Source: Vicugna vicugna
Taxonomy: Eukaryota
Length of the DNA stretch: 64,000 nt
Reading direction: 5' to 3'
Assembly (NCBI GenBank): GCA_013265495.1
Contig: MU058423.1
Coordinates: forward strand, 1,811,061-1,875,060
This document shows positions 12,092 to 24,135 of the stretch, piece by piece. Made by a program: the position numbers and the translations under genes. Under the pieces are notes generated by a model, which was not told the DNA's origin, searched no databases, and saw only the letters and a list, made by a program, of their open reading frames with translations. Position 1 is the stretch's first letter. Every line of letters starts with the position of its first letter.

Positions 12092-12316
12092 CTCCTCTTC
12101 CCCTTCCCTCTCCTCCCTCTCTTCTCCCAACTTCTTCCTCTCCCTCCTCCTCCCTCCCTCCTCTCTTCCCCCATCTCTCCTTCCCCTTCCTCTCTCTCCT
12201 CCCTTCTCATTCTCTCTCTCTCTCATCCTTCCCTTCCTCCCTTTCTCCCTCATCCTTCCATCCCTCCCTCGCTCATTCTCCCCATCTTTCTCACTCTCTC
12301 TCTTTTCCATCTTTCC
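12092..12316 (+). repeat. CT-rich polypyrimidine low-complexity tract
   Basis: About 220 bp made almost entirely of C and T on the + strand. Confidence 0.9.
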
Positions 12317-13410
12317 AGCACTGACAGTCTTTACACGATTAAAGTAGGACAAGAATGTTTTCCAAGGCTTTAAAATATCCTTGTTAAGGAAATTTACTGG
12401 GAGGAAGAAACTCTGCCTAATTTCTTGGAAAATACAAAGCATATGGTGAAAGCTGCTGTTGTTTCCCCCTGTCCTCCGGATCCCCTCCTGAGGAGATCAC
12501 ATCTCAGGCTCACCTATCAGGCACACCAGGCAGGCGGGGCCTGGATGGTGATGGCTGGGTCCAAATTTGCAGGCTCCCATCTGGCTCCTGTCCTGAATCC
12601 TGCTCGACAGGTGAGTTTAGGGACCAGAAAAATGCCTTTGAACATCTGCTTGCTAGAGCAAGAAAGCAACAGCTTACTCCCCATCTCCCTCAAGTGGTCC
12701 TCCCCACATCCCAGACCAGAGCTTCAGTAAACCCACATGGGCCCCCACTGCACTGCAAAGGCTCACTGTGTAAGCAGAGGCCAGGTGGGGGGTGGAGGCA
12801 GGGGAGAGGGGAGGAAGCACGTCTAGAGATAAGGCAGTCTCTGTATCCTTATGGGCTGAAAGACACAGAAATGACCCATAAAGGTCCAGTTTTGCCCATG
12901 GGAGTAAACCACATGGTTAGCATGGTGGTGCTTAACTTCTCAGGGTCATTTTGGGGATCTGATGAAAAACTATAAAAACTCTTCCCCTGAAATATACATA
13001 CACTCAGAGCAACAAGATTTTGCACATAGTTTCAGTAAGTCCTTTGAACCCAAGTTAATAATCCCTGCCTCAGGGGACGGTATCAGCCTTAGACTCAGCC
13101 AAGAAGGGACCCTACCCTGTGCGTCAAGCTTTAAAGGGCTCTGCTCTGGTCCATCTCTGTCCCTATCCCTTCCCACCGGGCACGAGTATGTTCACATCTG
13201 GAGCTCATGTCCCCCTTCTGGACCATTCTCCAGGTGCCTGGGACCCTTTGCTCAAGCATAGCCAAGCCCACTTGCACAGTCTGCACATCACCCTTCACCT
13301 GATTCATCCTCTCAAGGATGGGCCTGGCCACCTGCGTGCTGATCCCCAGGCCCACAGAGCAGCTGTTTGCAGGGAAGACTGTAGCATCCACACTGTGTGC
13401 GTAAGGACCC

Positions 13411-13858
13411 TGTAGGACACAGAGTAACACCCCACACCACCCCCAAAGTTATTTATGTCCAATCCTCAGAAACTGTGAATGTTACCTTACCTTACAAAGG
13501 GACTTTGCAGATGTGGCTATAATGATCTTGAGATGAAGAAATTATTACGGATTATCCAGTTGGGCCCAGTATAATCACAAAACTCCTTCTAAGTAAAAGA
13601 GGGAAGCAGGAGAGAGATTTGAGGGTGCTATGCTGCTGGCTTTGAAGGAGGAGGAAGAGACCATAAGCCAAAGATGTGGACAGCCTCTAGAAGCTGGGAA
13701 AGGCAAGAAACCTGATTCTCCCCCAGAGCTCTGCCAACCCCTTGATTTTAGCCCAGTGAGGCCCAAGTGAGACTTCTGACCTCCAGAACTGTGAGCCAAT
13801 AAGTCCGTATTGTTTTAAATGATCAGGTTTGCGATGACTTGCTACAGCAGCAAATGAA
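13411..13858 (+). mobile_element. MaLR solo LTR (MLT1C/D-like)
   Basis: gggactttgcagatgtg...gctggctttgaagga...cagcctctagaagctgggaaaggcaagaa...cttctgacctccagaactgtgag. Confidence 0.85.
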
Positions 13859-15444
13859 TTCAGCCCTTCAAGGTGCTGGACAGAGCCAGGAGTAGGAAGA
13901 GAAGGCAGGTGGCTTGCAGACTGGGGACAGGGGGACGAAACATTCCACCTCGCTGTGACATAGGACATCAAGGAATCTGGGGCTTCTGGATTTGAACATG
14001 GCCTCTCACATTGTTGCAAAGGGTGCACGAGGCAAGGTAAGAAGCGAGTATGTTTTATGTAAAAGTCATTAGCTTGACTTAGAACTTAAATGTTTAGACA
14101 TATGGCTAGTACCTTTGCTCTCTTGTTCCAGACCCTGCAGCTGTTCTGGAGTGTCCCTCAGAGGAAAGGCTCAGGACTAACTCTCTCATGGTCATTTACA
14201 TTTAGGCCACTACCTTCTATTAAAAAGCAAATACTCGGCACCAACCATGTGCCATTATCTATGGCTGACCATGACCTTGTGAGAGAGCTCTTTCGAGACG
14301 CTGACGGCTAAGGCAGTCTAATGTTTAAGCACAGTAAACTTGAGTCAAGAGAAATGCATACGCAGGGATCTTCATGACCATTTCTGGGAAACGTGGCAAT
14401 TAGGCACGAGTGGGAGTGTTTGATTGTATTTCCCTGGTATTTATACAGACAAGCCACTTCCTAACAATTCTCATCTTCTTTGATGTATCTCCAATATTTA
14501 TATCATCAGTGGAAAAGTTACCTTCTCATATCAAGCACAATGTAATCCTCATCCTATACTGATGCTCATTTATACTAAGAGATTATGGTTCTTTCCATCT
14601 TCCTAGTAGCAATGGTGACCTGCATCCTTCATGTCTCCTTCCTGCTCCCAACATATATGATGAACAAGTTCTGATGTTTCCGAGCTCCCTACCACTCCTT
14701 CTCAGTCCTCCAGTCCCTCCATCTCTCTGCCCCACAGAAGTCTACCTGCTCCCACTCTCCACTTCACACCTGGTGGCCTGGCTTCCAGATGGCAGGGAGT
14801 GGGGTAAATGCTGAGCCTTCCTAGGGGGTCCCAGAATAGCAGCAGCAAGGCAAGGACTGTGCTGCGAGGCAGAGCCATTCCCAGACGCTGCCTTTTCCTT
14901 CAGTTCCATCTTCCTCTTGGTGGGTTCCTTCCCTCTCCAGGACATTCCAGGTTCTCTGTGGCTTTCTGGTCTTTGCACTAAAACTGGCATCAATTGGCTA
15001 ATATGTATTGAGCATGTCCTATGTGCCGAGTGGCCTGTACATGAATTATATCTTCTGCCCTTTACAATAAAGCCTATAAAATGGGTCTTATTGTGTCCAT
15101 TCAATCCGTGAGGGAGCACACAGGCTTGGAGAGGTTCTGCTCTTCCCCAGCTAGCTTATCAATTGCAGTCTGAGTCCTATTCAGAGCTTCTGCCTTCCAG
15201 TCCAGTCACTTCTTGCTACTTTTTATTAACTGACCAAAGACTGATCATGAAATTTCTGGCTATAATCTGCCAGGTGGATAAAGCATTCCAGGGTCAGAAA
15301 GATCTTGGAGTCCCACCACAAAGCTGGCCTCCTTCCTCTGCTCAAAATAACTTCTGCATGGTCGAGGGCAGTTCACACTGAAGCCTCCTGCCCAGGCTGT
15401 CCAAGAGAAGCAGACCCATCAGAGCTAGTGTTCAGCTCCAGCTA

Positions 15445-15631
15445 GCATAATCAGATCTCACTAAAAAATATAGGACATCCAGTTCAATTTGAATTTCAGA
15501 TAAGCAAATATATATTTTTTAATATAAATATTGCATGGGGCATATTAAGGCTGTACTATACTAAAAAATCATCTACTGTTTACCTGGAATTCAAATTGAA
15601 CCGGGGATCCTACATTTTATCTGGCAACCCT
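15445..15631 (-). mobile_element. MER53 palindromic hAT MITE
   Basis: Inverted arms at 15471-15506 and 15577-15612 pair at 29/36 positions; central aaatattgcatggg; terminus atctggcaaccct. Confidence 0.85.
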
Positions 15632-16270
15632 GGGCCCAGGTCACTCAGGTGTGGGCTTCAGCGGAGCAAGTGGAGAGGAAGGGCAGCTGCAGTTTCCTCC
15701 ACTCACCACAGGGGGGAGCAAAAAGGGCTGGGCTGGCCAGTCCTGCCAGAACTGCCAGGGGAGGGAACTGGAAGTCTTTTCACTAGAGCTGCCCTTTTCA
15801 CCTGGCAGTTCCTTCGCCCTAGGTCACCTCTCGCCTCCTGTCTCAGGCCCTCCTCCCATGCCTCCATTCTCTCTGCCCACAAAGCTGCCCCCATCCAGGG
15901 GGCTCTCCTGCTCTGCTGACCCCAGCACACCCAGGTCTGTGAACCCAATACACAAGACAGCTTGGCCGCCTTTTCTGTGACACAGGGTGGTAGAAATGTG
16001 AGGGTGGCCAGATCCCAAGGCCAGCGCAGATCCTGGAAAATGCCTTTATGACAAACTTGCCCACTGGGGCAACCATTCTTGTCCCTGAGAAGCTGAGGGC
16101 TGTCCTTGGTGTAGAAGCCAGGGCAGGCACACCAGAGGCCCCAGCCTCCCTGACACTCCCACACTCTCTCACCCTGGACCCTGAGGAACTACAGGGGCAC
16201 ACAGGACACTTCCTATTATTTCTCAAAGGAACCTGTGAGCAGTAAAAAGCAAGTGCTTTTTATGTTTGTC

Positions 16271-16787
16271 TGTTATGGACTGAATTGTGTCCCCCACCAA
16301 AACACTCACATGTTGAAACCCTAGCCTTCATTGTGACTGTATTTGGAGACAGGGCTTTTAGGAGTTAATTAAGGTTAAATGAGGCCATAAGGCTGGAGTC
16401 CTAATCCCAGGGGATTGATGGCTTTATAAGAAGAGGAAAAGAGAAGATTTCTTTTTCTCCCACCTGCTTGCACTGGGGAGAGGCCATGAGAGCACCCAGC
16501 CAGAAAGGTCATTTGCAAGCCATAGAGAGAGCTCTAAAGTGTACTGGCAAACATATGTATATTCATGTATGGCTGAAGCATTATGCTGTACACCAGAAAC
16601 TGATACAACATTGTAAACTGACTATACTTCAATAAAAACATGTATATACAAAAATATTAAAAATAAAAAAATTAAGTGTGGTGGCACCCAGATCTGACTT
16701 CCAGCCCCCAGAGCTGTAAGAGAATAAATTTCTGTAGTTTAAGCCACTCAGTCTGTGGTGTCCTGTTACAGCAGCCTGAGCTAAGAC
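16271..16787 (+). mobile_element. MaLR solo LTR (MLT1A-like), interrupted by an L1 stub
   Basis: tgttatggactgaattgtgtcccc...gtatttggagacagggc...ataaatttctgtagtttaagccactcagtctgtgg...gctaagac. Confidence 0.85.
16550..16673 (+). mobile_element. Young 5'-truncated L1 3' end with A-rich tail and TSD
   Basis: gctgtacaccagaaactgatacaacattgtaaactgactatacttcaataaaaa followed by an A-rich tail. Flanked by aagtgtactggca (16537-16549) and aagtgtggtggca (16674-16686). Confidence 0.85.
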
Positions 16788-16869
16788 CATGATCAACCCA
16801 TGCTGACTCCCTAAAGCATGACAGCTCCCAGCCACAGGGATGGAAAACCATACACCACACCCTGGCAGG

Positions 16870-17075
16870 GGAGCCTCATGGTGAAGCACATGGGCTCTGA
16901 CCCAGATTGCCTAGAATTAAATCTCAGTTCTGTCACTACCAGCTGTGTGATGTTGGGCCATTTATTTAACCTACTTGTGCCTCTGTTTCCTCATGTACAA
17001 AACAAGGCTCATAAAGTTGTTGCAGGAATTCAATGGGTTAATGAATACCATGATCTCAGGACGGTGCAGTCAACA
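16870..17075 (+). mobile_element. MIR SINE
   Basis: cagttctgtcactaccagctgtgtgatgttgggc...aacctacttgtgcctctgtttcctcatgtacaaaa. Confidence 0.8.
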
Positions 17076-19802
17076 AACATCTATTGAATGCCTACTCTGT
17101 GTCAGGCATTGGGGTTCAGGACTGACTGGCTCTGGAGTCCACAGTCAAAATCCCATACCACTGCCTCCCTTCCTGAAGTTTCCAGGAACTCACCTTCATC
17201 TTGCCTCCTAGTCCTCCTCCAGCACTTTCCTGATGGCCACTCCTGCCCACTGCAGTCTTCACTGCCAGTAAGCCCTCAGCTTGCACCTACCTCATGGTCA
17301 GGCACAATGATAAGTGCATGGTAAGTGCTTAATAAACACTTCCTGAACTAAATATCTGGTTCTCCAACATGGGGAGTGAGGAAACTCGATTCCAAGGGAG
17401 GCAGAAAACCAGAGACTTTGATGAATGGGGAGGCAAGCGGAGATGGGACCCTTTTCCACGTAGCTTTGAGAAAGACCGCACACAGACCCATAGATTGCTC
17501 TTGGGATATCAGTGGCCTCCTGCCATTGTCCACCAGCATCAGGAGGCTGATGACCAATTTCTTCATTGTGTGACAATCTCCATTCTGTCACCACTATTGT
17601 GTCAACACAGTGCCAAAGCAACTGGCTGTGTAAGTTGGGTGGAGGATGACCACTCAGGCTCTCTAGTGCTGTACAGACTCCTGAATGTCACTTGCCTTAT
17701 GCTTTGCCCTTGTTAACTCTTATGTGATATTTAGTAGACATGGCCCACACAGAAATGCTTACTCCTTTGCCGTTTCATCCACAGAATGGAAGCTCATATC
17801 ATAATATAGGCATGTCCTCTAATCACAACATTTTTTTCATGAAATTTTTTATCAAAAATAAAATTTATCAAAAATCTTGGAGCCCCAGGTCTATGGTCTG
17901 CTAACTGAAGCACTATTTTAGGATCCAAATCCTAAAGTTTTAAAAAGTTTTCAGCAGTGCCTCCATTCTGTGAAGCTCATTTTTCTTTCCTGAAGCTGAC
18001 CGATGGCACACTGCCCAAGATCTCAGCACCAAGGACAGAGCTCACTCAATCAGGGAGTGATGTCCAGAGTATCACTGCTGCAGACAGAAGTTTTTGTGAG
18101 TTCAAGATGAAACCACAGAATTTTGGTGCTAAAGGCAGTTAAATAGCTCAACATTTTCATTTTACAGATGAAGAATCTGGGTCCCAAAGAAGCCAAATGA
18201 CCCACTTAACATCCTAGGGCCAGGGCACTGGAACTCAGGCCTTCTACGTCCCAGCCCTGTGCTCTTCCCCTGCACCATCCTGAGACGTGGAGTCACATCC
18301 AGATCACTCCCATGTTCCCCTACAGAAAGCTTCCCTGATCTGCCAGTGCTCAGTTCATGCCAAGACTGAGTATATTGGGGGCAAGGAAGAAAGGTAGAAA
18401 ATACAAAGGAAAGAGAAATCTCCATGACTCCTCAACAGAAAAGCTTTTCTTATTACCTTCTGGGAGTGTGACCAGTTGGAAAGAGAGGACAGGTAATGAA
18501 GCACAAGTAAGTGGATTGCTCCTGCCAAGACCACAGCTTGCAAGAGTGGATGGCAGACGGGAAGCCTCAGCCAGCCAAACCCAGGACTGAGGAACAAGAT
18601 TCAGAGACCATTGCAGCCCCAAATGTCAGCCAGTCAGCACACATTGAGACCCCAACAGACATACACAACACCAAGCTCTTGGGGTCAAACACAGGCATGG
18701 CTCCTGCCCTCAGAGATGCATTCAGGCCAGCGTGTCAGATCTCTGTGGAACCAGCCATAGCACAGTGAGAACAAACCCATGACTCTCCCAAATGAGAATC
18801 CTCCCACATGGAGGATTCAGGGGGCTCTTTGGATTTGGACAACTTATGTAAACTCTCTGAGCCTTAGTGTCCATTTCTATAGAATGAGAGGTTGGATTAG
18901 ATGATCTGGAAGCACCCTTTCTGAATCACCATCCCAGGACTGTCTTTCTAAGCAAGATACATGGGACTGGGAAGATAACATCAGGTAGTAGGTCTCTCAA
19001 TCTGTAGGTTAAGCTCAGTGCCTCCCTTCCCCAACTTTTCCTACCAACCAGGAGCAGTCACCCCCTGATCTCACCCTAGACTTGTATATGCCAGGATAAG
19101 AACATCAACCACAGAATTGGAAATAAAAGTGGATATTAATGCAGAGGTGACATGAGGCCAACTGGCTGGACATCAAAGGCAGCTTTTATTCTGATGAGCT
19201 TGCTGCTGACAAGATTCCAGCCCTCATCCTTCCAGACTGGTAAACTCTATCAGGATCCCAAATCAAATCTGAGCAGATCTGGGGATACTGATGTACACTA
19301 ACAACACTTTCATGAAGACCAATGAATAAGACCAGAGTGCCAATTTAATCACAATGAGAAATATAAATATCAAGTGGACTGGAAACTTACTTAAGCTGAC
19401 CACAGTCTCTCCATGGAAGTCAAATTATAGAAACATTGAGAAATTGTCCAAGATAAGCTAATTAAGTTATTTGATTGTTTCACGGCATCAGGCTCTCCCA
19501 CCCTGCCACTACAACTGGGGTTCACCTGACAGCAGACAAGCTCCTCCCAACACCTACAGGACATTAGCTAGACTCTGCTGCTTTTACTTGACTGACTCTC
19601 CTTCCTTCCACTTCAGTTTCTAATTTCTCTTCTGACTGGTACTTCTTTCATGTGTGTGTAAATTCATTTACCATCAGGTCTTTTCAGTCTTGCTGGCATT
19701 CTCTTTCTTTAAGGTTATCTTTGTATCTCTGTTCTGATCCACCATATATTGGCCATGTGTTTGGCGACTACTTGTTTGCCAAGTTCAGGAATTAGAGGAG
19801 GG

Positions 19803-20190
19803 ATGTTATCAGTTAGATATTGTAAGATCACAAACCATCCTCAAACTCAGTGTCTTAAAGCCACAGTCATTTTGATTTTTCATGCATCTGTGGGTGAACT
19901 GATCATAGCCAGACCTGCTCCTATATCTGGGGGTCTGCTGGGAATCATCTGATCTGAACTGCGCTCAGCTAAGGCAGCTCTGGTCTTCATGGCTCTCACC
20001 CTCCTTGGTCTAGCAGCCTAGCTGAGGCATATTCTTCTGAAGGCAATGACAGCTGCATGAAACAAGGCAGAAGATCACAAGACCCCTGGAGGCCCAGTTC
20101 TGGAACTGGCACACTATCACTTCCACCTCCTTCTACTGGCCACAAAGGCACGTGGTTGAACCCAAAGTCAAGGGCTAGGAGGAACTACAA
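19803..20190 (-). mobile_element. Old MaLR LTR (MLT1H/I/J-like)
   Basis: acaaaccatcctcaaactcagtgtcttaaag...ggaactggcacactatcacttccacc...ctactggccacaa...aacccaaagtcaaggg. Confidence 0.7.
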
Positions 20191-20929
20191 CAAAGCGTCA
20201 TAAATTTGGACTTGGTGTGGTCGTCCTTATGTCACAAATGGGGAAACTGAGACTCTGAAAGATTTTGGTAAGTTGAGATCAAGGGGCTTAGTTCAATTCC
20301 TCTGTCTCCAGGTGCTCGCCTACTCCCCACAGCTGCTTTGCCTCCTCCTGCCCCAGCAGAGCCTTGATGCAGAGTCAGGTATCCTCTGTGCCTCTTGGAC
20401 CCTGTGGCTGTTCCTATGCTCCCGCACCAGACCCCAGACCCCAGACCCCAGCCTGACCCAGTTCTGAGTCAGAAACTCCCTGGCTGACTCCTGGAGGTCC
20501 TTGTCTGGCCTCTCCCCACACTGCCTCACCTGCCCCTCTGCCTGCAGCCAGCAGCCAGCACTCCTTCCTGATCTGGGGAGAGCAGCACACTCCCTGCCTC
20601 AACCCACCATCCCGGGGATGTCCTGGGCTGAGGGGCTCTCTGCTCCACCCCCTCTTGTTGCTGCTTTTCCTAAGAACAGCCAGGGCTGAAGGGGCTTGAC
20701 CTATGGACCACAGACTGAATGGATCCAGTGTGGGCTAGGAATGCTGAGACTGTCCTAAAATGCAGAGAACTTGGAACGGGGCTGTCAGGTTGCACTTTCA
20801 GGAGCTACATGGACATAATTCAAATGCAGAAGATTTATCAGGCAATAGAGACTTGCGCCTTTCCTAGGGTCTCAACAACTCTACTTGGACCTTGCCTGAA
20901 ACCTGTAGTCATTTATTTAACAAGAATTG

Positions 20930-22090
20930 ATTGGCTGCTTACTCTTTGCCAAACACTGCACTCGTCAGAGATAATGCAAAGACAAATGAGATACTGTCCT
21001 TGGACACAGGGAGAAGGGACACAAGCACTTACAACATGACCACTGCTGTATAGAGTAATGTACCTGGTTCTGTAGGAGCACAAGGGAGGGGAGCCTGAGT
21101 GATCTTGTATGTACGACCAGCAGAAAGATGGAAAAGAAGGTGATGCTCCAGCCAGGACTTGAAGGATACACAAGAGTTTGCCAAGTGCACAAGCTTCAGG
21201 GGAACAGGCTAAGGGAAACATCCCAGACCAAGGGGACAGCATGGGCAGAGTCCCAGGGGCATGGTGTCCCGGCATTGTTGAAGGACCCAAAGAGGAAGGT
21301 CGGAGAGCAAGACGAGGTGGGACTTGTCTTGTGTGCTGATTAGTTAAGTCAGGTTTGACTGAAAGAGATAAAACCAAAAGTGGCTTGAACAAGGTAGAAT
21401 ATTATTTCTCTTACATAAAGGCCAGATATGTGATCCAGGACTGGTTTGGATTCTACTGTCAGGGAGCCAGGCTCCTTCTGCCTTGTTGTTTCCCTGTACA
21501 TAGACTTGACCTAAGAGTCAAGACAGGACATCTTATTCCATCCCTTAAGAAAGAGACCCAGAAGAGAGCAAAAAGTGTGTGAGTGCCAGGCTCTTCAAAC
21601 AAGGCCCCCAGGCAGCTGCCAGCTCCCACCTCACTTACTCCCTCCTTAGTCACTTGACCGCACCCAGCCGCAAAGGGGCTTGGGAAATGTAGTCTTTGTT
21701 CTAGCAACGTCACGCCTGGCCAAAAATGATGGTATAAGCAAGAAGACTACCAATACTCAGGGACAACCAGCCACATATGCTCTGAAAGGAGTTTCAATTT
21801 TGCACTATGGCAGATAGTGAGTCATTGAAGAATTTTGAGGAGGGGAGTGATAGATCTGATTTGCATCTTGGAACAATCACTCAGGATGTTGTGTGGAGAA
21901 AGACTGAACAGGAAAAGAAAAAGGAAACTGTACAGAGACCACTTCAAAGCATCTGCAGCCATGCAGACAGGGAGGTGGGGTAGAAAGGAGGATGCCAGGG
22001 AGGTAGAAATGACAAGGGTGGGTGATAACTTAGAACAGAGAATGGGGTATGGGAGGGAGTCAAGTATGACCCCAAGTTTCTAACTTAAGA
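20930..22090 (-). mobile_element. L2 remnant interrupted by an MLT1K-like LTR (about 21340-21770)
   Basis: L2 reverse-complement words (gggaaggaacaggctaagg, gagtcattgaagaattttgaggagggagtgatagatctgatttgcat) flank an LTR-like block (aaaagtggcttgaacaaggtagaa...ggaaatgtagtcttt). Confidence 0.6.
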
Positions 22091-23964
22091 AAATAGTAAT
22101 GCTTAATAAATATTTGTTCAATAGTTAAACAAAAAATAAGAATCATTATATGGGATTAAATAAATTAACATTTGTAAAGTGCTTACAACAGTGTTGAGTG
22201 CATAGTAAGCACTCAGAAAGTGAGAGTTAAATCAGTTAAATCTCTGGCCTCAGCTAAAGCCCTAGGTGAACAGTCTTTCCTATAGGGCAGGATGACCTTC
22301 TATGGAGCCGTATCGCTCCTCTCTTCCACTCCCTCCACACTCCAGGTTGAGTGAAGAACCCGCAGCATTCCAGCCCTGAATAGGTAGGGCACTGTCAGTG
22401 CTGGGTCACCAAACAAAGGTAAAATGAACGACACAAACGGATCCAGATTCTTCAGCCCATTCACAAAGACCTTGTCAAGCCCACCCGGAACAGGCAAGCG
22501 GTTCTAATTTTAAATCAGAGGAGTGAGAAATACCAGGTCAAGGGGTTTGCTCTGTGAGCCAAGGGTTGAGCAGGTGGGTGAAGAGTCTGTGAGCCCATGT
22601 TCACAGAATGAGGGGAGGGTGGGCTTCTCCAGCCCCTACGCCAGCCAGCTAACTGACTTTGCTATTGGCCTGTGGATGCTCCTTTCAACCTATTGGCCAG
22701 CACTGGGCCCTGCCCTGCCCCACACTCTGAGACCCTTAATTTCATCAAACATTTTTCAGGTTCCTCCTGTGTGCCAGCAGCTGAGGACACAGAAATGACT
22801 AAGCCTTGGCTGGTGGCCTGGAGGCGCTCACGCGGAGAGACCTATTAGGACTGGCCTGCTCTGGCGGTCGGAATCCGGCTGAAGCTGAATGTTCGCGCTC
22901 CTCTGGCAGATGGAGATGGAGGGGTCTGGGCCAGGAGGCAGTGCCTGCGGAGATGGAGCTTAGAAGGGAGTTCAGATTTTATGTTACTACCCCCACCTTC
23001 TGGGAGAAGCCAAACTATAGATAAACAAAGCTCTTGAAGACAGAGACCCAAAATGCTATTCTTGTGCCTTAGGCACCCTCCCCTTTCCACGTCGGGATTC
23101 AGGGCACGCCCTGGCTTCCAGCCTTGCTCACTGCTGCATTGTTAGAAGAACCTGTGAATTATGGGGTCCGGGGATGCCCTACAAGACCTTAATTGGGCTG
23201 CGTGGGCATTTTCCTTCGTTAGTGCTCCCCCGTCAGGACGCTGACGAGAAGTGCATCCCGGCAATCAGACCTCCGCATCCTAGGCCTTCCTCGGGGCGGG
23301 GCGGGGCGGGGCCTCCCTCGCCTCTACCCTGTCAGTCTTGAAAGGTTGCCAGTTGGTCGGTGGGTAGTTTTTGTGAGGGTCAGAGAGGGAGGCCGGAGCC
23401 TGCTGAGGGGACTGAGCTCCCATCTGCCTTCCTCAGACTAGAAACGGAGCCACTCAGAACCTGATCCAACGTGTTTTTTTCCAACCCAGTTTGATTAAAG
23501 CCCTTGTCACCTGAAACCCAAGGCTAATGGATGACCACAAGGACTCACAAGCGGCCATCTCGGCCAGGCACTCTCCCTCCCTGCACCCCTTGGAACTAAC
23601 CTCAACAGGCAGGAGGCGCCGTTACCACGGGGCCCTCTCTGAGTGAGACGGAAACGCCACTCTGGAAAGTCTCAGGGCATCAATATTTCATGTCCCTGGA
23701 TCTGTCTTTGTTTTTATGCAAATTGCTCGGGCTGCCAGATGGGCAAGGGCTGGCAGCATCATCCATCACCGGGCTGTTCCCTCCTCGCAAGCTCGCCTGC
23801 TACCAGGGCCCCGCAGGCTGGCCTCAGCTGTGGCCCATCCTCTCACTCCATCTGCACAGCGGGCCACCGCCCCGTCCTGAACACGGGATGCAGAGGAAGC
23901 CAGAAGCCAGGTCGCTACACTGGGGGCCTTGCAGATGGGAGGACTTCATGATAAGACGGAAGGC

Positions 23965-24135
23965 AGCTCGTCACTTCAGTACAGTGAGGCGGGCATAACA
24001 GGGCTTATCATCCCCGTTTTGCAGATGAAAAACCAGAGTTTGGGGAGGCTAAAGGAATTGCCCAAGTTCACCCAGCAAGTTGAGCAGCAGAGCTGGTCTA
24101 GGGTGCCCTCTGGTTACACCTCTAATCCAGTATCA
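23965..24135 (-). mobile_element. MIR SINE
   Basis: tatcatccccgttttgcagatgaaaaacc...aattgcccaagttcacccagcaag. Confidence 0.8.

Noticed and set aside
11964-12442. E/R/G-rich and S/L/P-rich ORFs
   Set aside because: They are translations of the CT low-complexity tract.
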